Assembly (NCBI GenBank): GCA_965153285.1
Contig: OZ229122.1
DNA from: Podarcis tiliguerta
Taxonomy: Eukaryota
Strand: one strand, 5' to 3'
Length of the DNA: 64,000 bases
Positions 48,960 through 60,135 of this stretch are shown here, one piece after another (position 1 is the first letter of the stretch; the number at the start of each line of letters is the position of its first letter). The translations under genes were made by a program, and so were the position numbers. The notes beneath the pieces are model-generated. The model saw nothing but the letters and a program-made list of their open reading frames with translations, searched no databases and was not told the DNA's origin.

Positions 48960-50255
48960 CCCCAAACTGGTGCTTCTGGATTCCTCGGTGTGTGCGTGTG
49001 TGTCTTTGGATGGCAGGCGGGGAGGAGGGCAGGAGGAAGAGGAGGGGAAAGCACAAGACCTCTACAGTCTTTCTCACATGAATCTTGGGTGTTTAGCCCC
49101 ATCTGTTGGAAGCAGGACACTATTAGATTAAAACTGGAGTTCTGGGAAAGGGAGGCTGGCATCCTGGACGAGTATAATTTTTGTAGCCCTTTACAAGATG
49201 AAAGGGAACAAGACTTGGAGCCAAACTGTACACTGTTTGATCAAGATTCCCCCAAAAGCATCACATCTCCAGAGCAACTGTGGTTTTACAGTGGTTTTAC
49301 AGGAGGTGAAACACTTTGGCATGAAGGCAGCATCAACAGTGTTTTTGCTTTGGAAGAGAAATGAAAGCCTCATTTTCGTCTCCCTCATCCCTCACCCTTT
49401 TGCTTTAGGGACAGAGTGATAAACCAGTGCAAGTGGCTGCCTGAAATTGAAAGTGGGTTTTCCATTTTCTTGCCTCCAGCTTTAATCCTTCCTGCACAAG
49501 TCCTAGACTTAGAGCCCAGCAGACAAAGCCCTTTCTCCAAAGCATGATCCCACACCCTAGAGGGCAACTTAAGAAATGCCCATTTAAAAGCTAACACCTG
49601 CCAGGGAGTTGGGCAAAATCAAATGGTCCAAGATACCTACATGGCAGACTTCGTAACTCCTTTGAAGTTGGGACAAAGTATGTTTTGGTGCCTCTCACTT
49701 TGCATTGCTATAAGCCGTGCCAAGACACTAAGGTAAATTTGGGCAGGTCTACAGGTAACCCCTACCAGTCATACCCAGAGGTTTCCCCACCCAAGTGTGG
49801 TATCTCACTTTGCTAGCAACTATTGAACACTGAGCTAGATTTGATTGTTGCTCTAAGCAGCACTAAAAGCCCTAAGGATCTCTCTTTTTACCCTAAAGGC
49901 TGGATTCTCATTATTATGAGTTGCCCTAGTATGATAAATCATGCCAAATGAGAGTGGAGGAGGAAGTAGGCCATTGATGCTGCTCGTAGCCTGGTTGCTT
50001 ACGGCAAGGGACCCGTCCATAATCCGCTTTCAAACCAGTAGTTGTCAGTCTTCGACACCTCTGCCACAAACACTTCCTAATGTTGAGAAAGTACACAGAA
50101 AGGGCAGACATTTCCAAATCCTGTACCGTCCTGGTATATTATAAAACTAGATTGGCAATGTGGAATTGTTGTCATTGGGGAACTCCCCTGGCTATCACCA
50201 GCCTGAGATCTCTGATTCTGGAGTTTTGTTTCACATCCCTTCCAACTCCTTAACT

Positions 50256-50378
50256 TAAGGTTACCAGATTTTTTTCAATGAATCTGGAGACACTTTTCAT
50301 CTTCAATGGATTTTGTATGGGGGCTGATTTGTAAATCCGGGGACTGTCCCCGGGAAATGGGGACATCTGGTAACCCTA
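50256..50378. mobile_element. hAT (Blackjack-like) MITE
   Basis: Terminal repeats TAAGGTTACCAGAT...ATCTGGTAACCCTA, flanked by an 8-bp near-duplication CCTTAACT/CCTTAACG. Confidence 0.75.
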
Positions 50379-52300
50379 CCTTAACGCCATAGGCTGTTTG
50401 GGCTTTGGTAGAATCTGGGGGAAAGTGATAAAATATGTGGCATTACAGCCAGAAACGAGCCAGGCCCGGAACTACTACCAGGTTGCAAGCTTATTTTTCT
50501 CCATTCTCAATTCAAAAGCCACATCTTGTTCATTGCAATCCCTTGGAAATCTCACTAAATACTGAATGGCCATGATTACAAAAGTGACATATATATTATT
50601 TGGTTTATACTCCTTGTATTTTCACAAAAGTTCTCCATTGCAGCAATTTTTTAATCTCTCTGATAAGAATAGGACTGAAGAGGTAGGTAAAATTGAAAGT
50701 TTCTTGTCTGTGAAGTTTGCTTTGTACTTTTCTGCTTTCTAGTAGTCTAAATGTTTGTCGCTGTCTCCAACCAGGAGGGAGCAAAGAATCTGGAGCGACA
50801 ATGACTGGAATCCAAAATCTCTTTTAAAACCACTTTAATAAGAATGAACTTTTCTTTCCACTGCCAAGCCACAAATTTAGAGATTTTATCATGTTCTAGG
50901 AGGTGATGCAGGGATCAGTTTTGCAGAAATGAGTGCAACTAGCCAAATGCTATATCCTAGGTTACTTTTATTTTTTATACATAAAAACAAACAAACAAAA
51001 AAACCACCTACATGCCTGGTTCAGTTTGGACAGAGGCTCAGGTCTGAAACATGAAGTATTGGAAAAGTGTAGTAGTCCTTACTCTTGCCTTTTATACTCC
51101 ACTGTCTACAAATTCACAAATTGAACTGGGTGGCAAAAGCTTTTAGGAAATCAGGAATCCTGCAGTTTTCAATCTAATTTGGGATTGTGTCTCCCAGCTT
51201 TTTAAAATGGTTTTATTTTTATATTTTTAACACACAAAGATACATGATCTCTTGGGGGTGGTACAGAATTATCCAGAAGACTGAGATGGATCTCTAATGT
51301 CCAATATTCTTGATGAGCTGTTTTGTATGATTTTTTAAAAACAACAACAACTGGTAGATCAATAAAGGTTCCCAATTGTCCAAAAAACAAAATCCCTGTA
51401 GTAGTTTATAGCAAGTGATTTTTACTGTTAACTGACCTTTGTCAAATGGGAGCTAGTCCTTCAGAGTAGGCAAACTGACTCTTCCCATATTTTGTAATCA
51501 GAATATGCACTGTAACATGTAGGTTATTTAGTAAATATTGATGCTTTCATAATATGTTGCCAAAATATTCCCAATAACATAATTTCTGGTCTCAAAAGTA
51601 ATACTTGTGAAAAAAGTTAAAGCAAGAGGTTTCCAAATGGTAGCTGTCATTGGAAAGTAGTTATCACATATAGGAATGCTGCGGTTTTTTTAAAAATTGC
51701 CATGCGAACACCCCGAAGCTGCTAATACTACAGTCCCAATTCAATGGGACTTACTCCCAAGTAAGTATTGCATCTTAAACTGTACATCCTCTTTAAACTC
51801 AGTGGTGTTGATAACAAAAGATAAAAATTATTTCTGGGTTGAATATCCACTGAGATTTCTAGACCCCCAACACAGATTTCAACCTAGTTCCAAGTTAGGT
51901 CTATTGATTTAACTGACCTTGTTCTAAGTGTGACTAAAATTGGATACCATCCTATGACAATTTATTGTATAGTGAAAATGATTTTATAAACCCTTGGTAA
52001 AAACCTTCTGAGGTGTTGTCCTCATAATACATCCTCAGGAGTTCTTCTACATATGTTTCCATTTGTTCCTTCAGAACTGGATGTCATTCATGGAATGTGT
52101 GGCTTTTTTCCTTTTATGATGAAAATAAAAGTTATCTGAAAGAAACATGTCACATATGAAGGCATTTTAATGAATTGTTTAAAAACAGAAGAATCTCGTT
52201 CCAGCACACAATCAGCAAAGCTTGCATTTGTGCCTGCAACAAGCGGAGCTACATACAGCAGTGATAGAGAACTAATGCTTTAGGTCATGCTAGACCTATA

Positions 52301-52648
52301 AAGGTAAAGGGACCCCTGACCATTAGGTCCAGTTGTGGCCGACTCTGGGGTTGCGGCGCTCATATCGCTTTATTGGCCGAGGGAGCCGGCGTACAGCTTC
52401 TGGGTCACGTGGCCAGCATGACAGCCGCTTCTGGCGAACCAGAGCAGCGCACGGAAACACTGTTTACTTTCCCGCCGGAGTGATACCTATTTATCTACTT
52501 CCACTTTGACGTGCTTTCGAACTGTTAGGTGGGAAGGTGCGGGGACCGAGCAATGGGAGCTCACCCCGTTGCGGGGATTCAAACCGCCGACCTTCTCATC
52601 AGCAAGTCCTAGGCTCTGTGGTTTAACCCAAAGCGCCACCCACGTCCC
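52301..52648 (-). mobile_element. Full-length Sauria SINE
   Basis: The minus strand starts GGGACGTGGGTGGCGCT (tRNA-derived head) and ends in an ACCTTT tail. Perfect 16-bp target-site duplication TCATGCTAGACCTATA at 52285-52300 and 52649-52664. Confidence 0.92.
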
Positions 52649-54179
52649 TCATGCTAGACCTATATTTTGACTTAAATGTAAGGCAACATTGTATGGTTAT
52701 CAGTTTATATTTAACTGGTTTTTTTTAACAGCACACACACAAACTTACCAAGCTGCACTCCAATCCAGAAGTCCAAAACTTCCATGGGTTCATGCATACT
52801 TTTTAATATCGGGGAGGGGGGAGGCGACGACGGACAGACACAAACTCTCTCCCGTTATCACTTATAACAGTGGGACCTACGGAAGCAGTTAACAATTTTT
52901 TTTTTACAATTTAAAAATGACAAATAGAGAGGAATCTTGGGGAGGGGGCTGGATACATCCTGTGGGCTGCAGGTTAGCTATTCCTGCTACACAGCATAGT
53001 GGTTTAAATAAATTAGAAGTTGCCATATATTCACAATAACAAATTGGCTTGATCAAAGATGCTAGTACTCGATATAGCTACAATTTTGCTAAAAATCCCT
53101 GTGTGTTTAGGACTGCAGCATTAACTTGGTTTATCCTCAGAATAAGTGGGAGGGTGTCCTAGCTAGCCATTAGTATTTGTTTTTTCCACTGCAGCCAATT
53201 AGTCAATGGCAGAGGTAGGACTTGAATATAGGCCTCTCACATATTAAGTCAAGTAGACATTGCATTATACAGTCTCTCTGTCCCCATTGTTTTATATTTG
53301 TTGGGCAGGCCCAATCCTGAACCATCTATCCAGAATGGAAGTGAAGAAGAGCAAATATTTGTAAACGTCATCCTCTTATTTTATTTAGAAATTAACTATG
53401 ACTTATAGTTATCAAAGCAATAAATACAGTAATAAAAAACATAATTAAAAATGAGTTTATAAGCAGGTAGCTGAAGGCTTTAGCATGAACCTAAAATGTT
53501 TATTCAAAAGTAACATCTATTAAGTTCAATAGGGTTTACTGCCAACTGTGTGTGTAGGATTATAGCCTCGACCACATGAACATGAAAAGGTCTATGCTAC
53601 ATCTAAAATGAAAATACTGGTTTTGAAATAACTTTCATATTTGCTTTAAGTGCCAATGAGTTTTCCCCCCTTCCTTTGCCAAGTTAGCCAGGCCCACTTT
53701 TACATCTAACGTCAAAATTTGGAATTGGTTCCCATTGGAGAAATCATGATTTCAAATTCAGAACTCATTGAAGCTCTCGAGTTCCCAGTGCAGATTTATC
53801 ACCTGTAAAGTCAGGGCACTGGAAGTTTTGAAAGGAGCTCGAAATGTTGTCAACAACGTCTTGTCAACCTCGTTTTGCGCGAAGGCGCGAGCACCCTCCC
53901 CCATGTAAACAATATTCATTGAAACTTTCCTGACTTTCAAAGTCGCATCCGAAGTATCTGCGAGTCCTAGGGGAAGTGCATGTTTTCACGAGCCAAAGCT
54001 GCCTCTCCTCATTCATAAGTGCATCTTGTTTTGAGCACCTTCGAATAGTCGCGCCAGCCCGCCCAGCGAACAATTGGAAGAATTTTTGAGGAAAGAAAAA
54101 TCGAGTCCTCCCTCCCTCCGTCCGAAAGAGAGAGGGAGACTCCAACCCCCAGCATCCCCCAGGACTCCATTTCCCAGCA

Positions 54180-55200
54180 TGCCCTTCACTCGCGATGGCC
54201 TTTCCCTCGCCCCGCGGGCTCGCAGTCCCGCATCCCGCTCTATCTGATTGTGAGGGAGAAGAGCGCCGTCTTCCGCAATTCTTTTGGCCCGCGGCCTCTC
54301 GCCGGGACGCCGTCCTCCCCCGTGACGCGCCTGTGAGACACTTTGGGTTTGAGTTTCTTTTCTCTTTCTCCACGCACGCACACCCTCCTTCGCGTTACCC
54401 GAGCTCTCGCGAGACTTGAGCGCCGAGGCCGGCGGGTGGAGGGAGCGGTGGGAGGAGGGAGGGGCTGGCCCTGGCGCTTGGTGGTGGCGGCCGCCATTTT
54501 GCCGCGGCGGGTCAGGTCTGGCTCGGCGGGGCCTGGTTAGGGATCAGCATCCGGGTGGGAGGGGTGGGCGACGTGCCGAGGAGCACCGGCGAAGGCCGCG
54601 CAAAGGGAGAAGTCGCGCGGGAGAGGCCTGGGGGCCGCGGATGGCGGCGGATTCTCTCCGGCCGAGGCGGCGGCGCTGGGGCTGAGGCGGCGGCAGGAGG
54701 AGGCGGGGCAGGAGGCGCCTCCCCTCCCTCCTCCCTCCTCCCCCCTCCCACCCAGGTAAGATGGCGGACCGGCCGGGGCTCTACTCCTCTCGCTCACACC
54801 CACCTCCCTGGAGGGGTGCAAGTCTCTGCTTCGAGTCGGGAGGGAAAAGTGAGGAAACAGATAAGAGCGCGCGCGTGTGCCTGGTTGCCGGTGGTCGCGC
54901 GCGCGCGCGGCCTTTTACCTCCCCCGAACCTTCCTCTCTTCCGTCGGTCATTTCCCTCCCCTACCTATAGAGGGCGCACTAATGGAGAGTGGTGGGGCGG
55001 GAAATAAGAGAAAGGAGCCAATGTGGGAGCCGCACGCGCTTACCCAGCCAACGGCCGCTCTCAATGCTGGCCTATTATTACTTCACCTATCGCCCTCCTC
55101 CCCCCCCCGTCACCTCGTTTCCTCGCGCGCCGCGAAACCGACCAACCAACGGCCGCCTACTTTTCAGCGGGTGGGGGAGGGGCGAGCGGGGATTCTCGGG
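54180..55200 (+). promoter_or_regulatory. SRCAP: SRCAP CpG-island promoter and non-coding exon 1 (donor at 54755)
   Basis: CpG island with palindrome TCTCGCGAGA (54405-54414), YY1 site CCGCCATTTT (54491-54500) and donor CAG|GTAAGA. Confidence 0.8.
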
Positions 55201-55645
55201 GGACTAGGGAGGGAGGGCGAGGGAGGGAGGGAGGGGTTTGGGGGAAACCGGGGCGGGGTCAAGGGGTCAAAGGGAAAAGGTGGGAGGGAAAGGGTGACAA
55301 AGGGGTTAAAGGGTGGGGGGGAAATCAAAGGGCATCGAACTTGTGCTGAAAAAGAAAGAAACTAGGCGTCAGAGGGGGAATCGCTTGTGATTAGGGTGCA
55401 ATGAATGAATAAATGCAGGATTGCGGGTACAAGGATTGATTTTTAGCGGGGCGCAAGGGTTCTGAGAAAGGGTGGCAAGTTCAGAGGGTATTAGGGTATC
55501 ATCTGGGACTTGAGCAGTTGCACTGCTCTAGGGTTTGGGTGGCTAGTGATAATACTTGAAAAGTTGGGAGGGGGTTGCAGTTACTTAGCACCATCAAAGT
55601 TTTGCAAGAAACCAGAGCAGAAATAAGTGAAAGGTTAATGTGGTC

Positions 55646-58600
55646 ATGGAGCCTGAGGAGGGGCAGGCTGAAGCTCAGGATGATAGGAAGGGAAAGGAGG
55701 CTGTAGTGAATGAAGAGACCACAGTGGAAGTACCTCCCAATGAGGTAGAGAGAAAGATAACTGGATTGCTTCCAGAGACAGGTGTGGGACAGGGAGAGGC
55801 TAAAGACTCAGAGGCAGAAGAGGAGGCTGAAAAAGAACATGAAGCACCAAGTACTGGAGAGTTGATGGAACCAGACCAGGATACATTTGGACCCTTAGCA
55901 GAACTGGATAGGGGGGTGGCTGAGGATGCAATGGCATTAGGAATGTCTGGGGAAGAGGCTGAGGAAATTATTGAACCAGATCTGAGAAAAGCAGAAGAGT
56001 TGGAGACAGTGATTCTTGAGGAACTTCAGCTTAAGAGTAATAGAGAGAAAGAAGAAGTTGAAGAGTCAAGAGAACCAAATCAGGAGGAAACCAGTGTTTT
56101 TGGGAGCCCAGACGAGAGGGAAGCTGAGGGGAAGACTGGAAAAGGAATGGATCAGCAGGAGACTCAGGAATTTATTCATGAGGAAGAAACACTGTTTGGA
56201 GAGGGTGAAATGGTTCTAGAAATGGGGGGAAATTGGACTGAGGAGTTGGCAGGGCCGGACCACGGGAAAGAAGAGGATTTGGTAGAAGAGGACCATGTAG
56301 ATTCTGGAGAGAGGGTTGAAAAGGGAGATGAACAGGAAAAGTTGATGGAACTGGAAGAGAGGGAAGCTGAGGCAACTGACAGGGAAGATGAGGCAGTGGG
56401 GGAGGCTGAAAAGATGCCAGAGTCGGTGGAGGTGGGAGAGAGTGACAAAGAAGGGGAATCAACAGATAATCATGGAGAAATGGAGGAGTTGTCAGGACTG
56501 GGTCAAGGGGAGATCCTAGAGGTCACTGGAAAGGAAGAGGATGTGGCACCTGCAATTGACTATGAGGAAACTGAGAAGGTGCCAGATGTAAATGAGAGAG
56601 AGCTAGAGGAAGTGACTGCAGAGGAAGATGCAATATTAGCAAGGGGTGAGGAGGAGTTGGTAGGACTAGGTCAGGGGGAAATTGAGGTGTTGACTGGAGA
56701 GGAGGAACCAGTTTTGGGTAAGAGGGAGGCGGAGATGACAGTTGGACCAGGTGAGGAAGGACTTGGTGAGGAAATTGAAAGGGAAGACAGGGCATCTGGA
56801 GTAGATCAGAGAGAGGCTGAAAGCATGATTGTGGAAGGAGATTTGGCATCATCAGAGGGTTGGGGGGTAGTTGAAGACTTGGTGAAGTCAAGCAGGGGAG
56901 AAGCAGAGGAGGTGGCACCATCAATGGATCAAGTTAAAGTCCTACAAGAAGATCTGAGGGGGTCAGAGTTGGTGATTGCTGAGGGAGAGGCAGGTGCAGC
57001 TGAGGAGAAGGCTGAGCATTTGGGGGTGGCAAGTCAGGGAGAAGTTGAGGGTAAGACTGAAAAAGAAAGTATGGCATCAACACTGGATCAGGGATCACCA
57101 AGAATAGATGAAAAGCAGGCAGAAGAGGTGGCTGCAGAGAAAGATGTGGAATCAGTAGAAGATCAAAAGCAAGTTGAGGATTTGGCTGGGATAAGTCAGG
57201 GTGAGATTGGCAGTATGGTAGCCACAGTGGAGGAAGGGGAAGATAAGAGGGAGGCAGAGGTGGCAACTTCAAAGAGAGATGTAGCATTTATTGAGGGGGA
57301 GGGTTTAGTAGTGACAAGTCAGGTAGAGACTGAGGAGGTGAGTGTCAAGGAGGATATGATACACGTGGCTCTTGATGTGGCTGAGCAAGTGATAGGAGCA
57401 GCTCAGAGGGAAACAGAAAAGATGAGTGCAGTGGGTCAGAAAGAAGGAAGGGAGGAGGCGGTGGGAGCACCAGTGAGAGTAGCTGGAGCACAAGAAGAAA
57501 CTGGAGGCCTGGAGGAAGAACTTGTGCAAAGTCAGGAGATGGGGCCTGGAGAAGAGGTGAAACTAGGAGCTAGTCAGGAGAAAGTTGGAGAGCTAGCAGA
57601 ACCAGAACAAAGGGAGACAAAAGAGCAAGTAGGACTTGATCAGGGAGAAGCCAAGCAGTTGGGTTCAACTGAGAGGGTTACTAGGGAGGAATCGCGAGAA
57701 ATAAGAGAGGCATTATTCAAGGATCAGAGTGATACTAAGGTGCTGGTGGAACCATTTCAGGGACCAGTAGTGGAGGTTACAAGTGTAGGTGAGATTGCGT
57801 TGACTGAGCAGCATCAAGGTACTATGGGAAGAAAGGTACCCTCTCAGGAGAAGACATTAGTTTGGAGCCCAGAAGTAGAAGAACAGTTGGGAGGACCAGC
57901 TCAGGAGATGGCAGGCGTGCCTTCCAGGGAGGGGATATTGAGTCAAAGGGCAAAACCAAGTGAAGAAGATACCAGAGTCACCTGGTTGGCATCTGATACG
58001 AACCTGGCCCAAGGTCAAGTGGAACCAAGCCTGAAGGTGGCTGAATTGAATAAATCAGGTTCCTCAGTGCTGTCATCACATTTGTCACAGCGCACTGCCA
58101 TAGGAAGTCAAGAGGAACGTCGCAAGTTGAAGGGGAAAATAATTTCAGGGTTGGCAGGATTACGGCAAGGGCCAATACTGGTACCACATCAAGGGACAAC
58201 ACGCTCATGTGGATTCCGTCGTGGAGTGCTGGAGCACAGGGCTCCAGGGTTGATTGTGACCAGTTTAACAGCAATGGCTCGGCAAAAGGGAATGATTAAG
58301 GAGGCTCGTACGCAACTGGGAAAGGGTGAATTAGATCAGAGGGAGACACGATCAGCTGAATTGAGGTCTCGTGCAGTTAGGGTTAAAGTAGGTGAGCCGG
58401 TGGTTATGATGGGGTACAGAATTGGACGGGAAGGGATGTCATGTTTCTCTGAGGCAGATAACAGGATAGAGAGCTTTCAGCGGGTTCCTGTGATGGAGGA
58501 GGCAGGAAAGGGATCTGATCAGACCCCAGCAGAACCACCGAGGCAGGAACAGATAGTTAAGGAGTTGGAGATACTGGCCAAGGATGTTGATGACGGAGCA

Positions 58601-59329
58601 AGGCAACATCCAGAAGGAATGTACTTGCCATGGCTTGGTAGGCCACTGACACAAGATTATTCGACAATACGACCAGGTTCTGGTTGGACTGCAAGCCTTG
58701 GGTCCGGGCATGGACTTGCTTTAGGGCCATTGCGGGCTGGAATAAAAGAACGAATAAACATGATGGTGACAGGTCAGGGAGCAGTAAAGTCAGCAGGACC
58801 AAGTCCTGAGCCACCAGTGTCTGGGATGGGAAGAAGGGTGTATGGGCTTACAAGCCAATCAGCCAACGTACACTGGCTGAAGGACGTGTTGGGATCTAAG
58901 CAGACGGTGTCTCGACTCTCTGTAACAGTTCGTGGCTCAAAAGCAGACAGTCCTGACTCTATGGCAGAGAGACGAAGTCCAGGCCTGTTAACAGGAAAGC
59001 AAGAGTTGAAAGATTGGCGGGATGGGGTAATGGGAATTGCAATTAGAAGGTACAATGCCATGAGGCGGGCAATGTGGGGCGAAGGCCCAGCTGGTTTGCA
59101 TGTGAAGGGAGTGAAGGTGGCTGAAAGTCCCATTGATACTATTCCATTGAGTTCTCTTAAGACTGGTTCCATTCTGGGGCAGGTTGAACAGAGGGCGCTG
59201 AGGCTGGCACAGCATGTGGAGGGTGAGGCTGTGTCAGGATTGGAAGTAGAAGGGCAGGGGCTGGCTGAGAGGCTGAAGCAGGATATGGAGCCAGCAGGGT
59301 CAGGCCAGGGAGGTAGAATTACAAGGTAA
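55646..59329 (+). CDS. Large Glu-rich ORF (1227 aa from ATG) in SRCAP intron 1; probable alternative giant exon ending at donor 59325
   Basis: 3.7 kb without a stop, starting at a strong Kozak gtcATGG. Degenerate G-x-x-Q-G/R-E-x-E repeats. The stop TAA lies inside the donor AAG|GTAACT. Confidence 0.7.
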   Translation: MEPEEGQAEAQDDRKGKEAVVNEETTVEVPPNEVERKITGLLPETGVGQGEAKDSEAEEEAEKEHEAPSTGELMEPDQDTFGPLAELDRGVAEDAMALGMSGEEAEEIIEPDLRKAEELETVILEELQLKSNREKEEVEESREPNQEETSVFGSPDEREAEGKTGKGMDQQETQEFIHEEETLFGEGEMVLEMGGNWTEELAGPDHGKEEDLVEEDHVDSGERVEKGDEQEKLMELEEREAEATDREDEAVGEAEKMPESVEVGESDKEGESTDNHGEMEELSGLGQGEILEVTGKEEDVAPAIDYEETEKVPDVNERELEEVTAEEDAILARGEEELVGLGQGEIEVLTGEEEPVLGKREAEMTVGPGEEGLGEEIEREDRASGVDQREAESMIVEGDLASSEGWGVVEDLVKSSRGEAEEVAPSMDQVKVLQEDLRGSELVIAEGEAGAAEEKAEHLGVASQGEVEGKTEKESMASTLDQGSPRIDEKQAEEVAAEKDVESVEDQKQVEDLAGISQGEIGSMVATVEEGEDKREAEVATSKRDVAFIEGEGLVVTSQVETEEVSVKEDMIHVALDVAEQVIGAAQRETEKMSAVGQKEGREEAVGAPVRVAGAQEETGGLEEELVQSQEMGPGEEVKLGASQEKVGELAEPEQRETKEQVGLDQGEAKQLGSTERVTREESREIREALFKDQSDTKVLVEPFQGPVVEVTSVGEIALTEQHQGTMGRKVPSQEKTLVWSPEVEEQLGGPAQEMAGVPSREGILSQRAKPSEEDTRVTWLASDTNLAQGQVEPSLKVAELNKSGSSVLSSHLSQRTAIGSQEERRKLKGKIISGLAGLRQGPILVPHQGTTRSCGFRRGVLEHRAPGLIVTSLTAMARQKGMIKEARTQLGKGELDQRETRSAELRSRAVRVKVGEPVVMMGYRIGREGMSCFSEADNRIESFQRVPVMEEAGKGSDQTPAEPPRQEQIVKELEILAKDVDDGARQHPEGMYLPWLGRPLTQDYSTIRPGSGWTASLGSGHGLALGPLRAGIKERINMMVTGQGAVKSAGPSPEPPVSGMGRRVYGLTSQSANVHWLKDVLGSKQTVSRLSVTVRGSKADSPDSMAERRSPGLLTGKQELKDWRDGVMGIAIRRYNAMRRAMWGEGPAGLHVKGVKVAESPIDTIPLSSLKTGSILGQVEQRALRLAQHVEGEAVSGLEVEGQGLAERLKQDMEPAGSGQGGRITR

Positions 59330-59782
59330 CTGGGTTAAGTGTGGAGTGAGAGGGAAGGAACAAAAGGTTTGGGAGATAGTGGGTTATTTATGAGCTAGGG
59401 ACAAAATTGAGCTATAGAAGCAGAGAGTTAATAGGACGCTATAGCAATAGAGTTGAGTTGCAAAATCTCAGCTTGCAGGATGAATGGGTTGTAGATCTCT
59501 CTCAAGAATGAAGCCAAGAAGGGAAGTAAACTTCCCTGGGATAATGATATGAGGGTGACGTGCAGAATATTGACGCTTCTGAAGCAAAGGTGGGTACATA
59601 GGAAGCAAAATAAAAATAATTTATTATTTATACTCCACTCATCTAGCCGGGTCGCCCCAGATACTGAGAAGATTTTGGGCTTTGGATACCTAGGCATGGG
59701 AGTGAGTGAAAAGAACACTGCTAGACAACTCAGAATCCGTAAAGTGGATGGGAAAGTGAGATAATTCTAGTGGTTCACCAAA

Positions 59783-59917
59783 CCGCACCCCAAACAGGTT
59801 CCTGCCTCTTTTCATAGGCTTGAATTTGGTAGCTGGTGCGTACAGTAAAACTCTCCACCGCAACCCGTGGGCCGGCTATTCCCATGCTGTCTGCGTAACA
59901 ATAAAAGAGAGACAGGG
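59783..59917 (+). ncRNA. SNORA30: H/ACA snoRNA, SNORA30/SNORA37 family
   Basis: First hairpin closed by CGCACC/GGTGCG and containing ATTTGGTAGCTGGTGC, as recalled for human SNORA30. Box H ACAGTA at 59842-59847; second hairpin CTCTC...GAGAG; ACA at 59912-59914. SRCAP is the known SNORA30 host. Confidence 0.8.
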
Positions 59918-60061
59918 TTTGATCTACCCTTTGGCAGAGTCGTTCAGGGTCCCAAGAGCAAGTTTGAATGATCCTTACCTAAAGGAATAGGTTGCTGTGC
60001 ATCTACCACACGCGCACACACACAAAATGTTCTCTGGACTAACGGTTCCATCTTTCTTCAG

Positions 60062-60135
60062 GTGTAGTATTCCCCAGGAAAGCGAAACCCTGGAAGTTCA
60101 GCCTGACAAGCAAGAGGAGTTCGCAGCTCGCGCAG
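60062..60135 (+). other. SRCAP: SRCAP exon 2 (74 nt, conventionally 5' UTR)
   Basis: Acceptor TCTTTCTTCAG and donor CAG|GTACAG. Confidence 0.7.

Noticed and set aside
56172-59215. Minus-strand Pro/Ser/Leu-rich ORFs
   Set aside because: Antisense shadows of the purine-rich plus-strand ORF.
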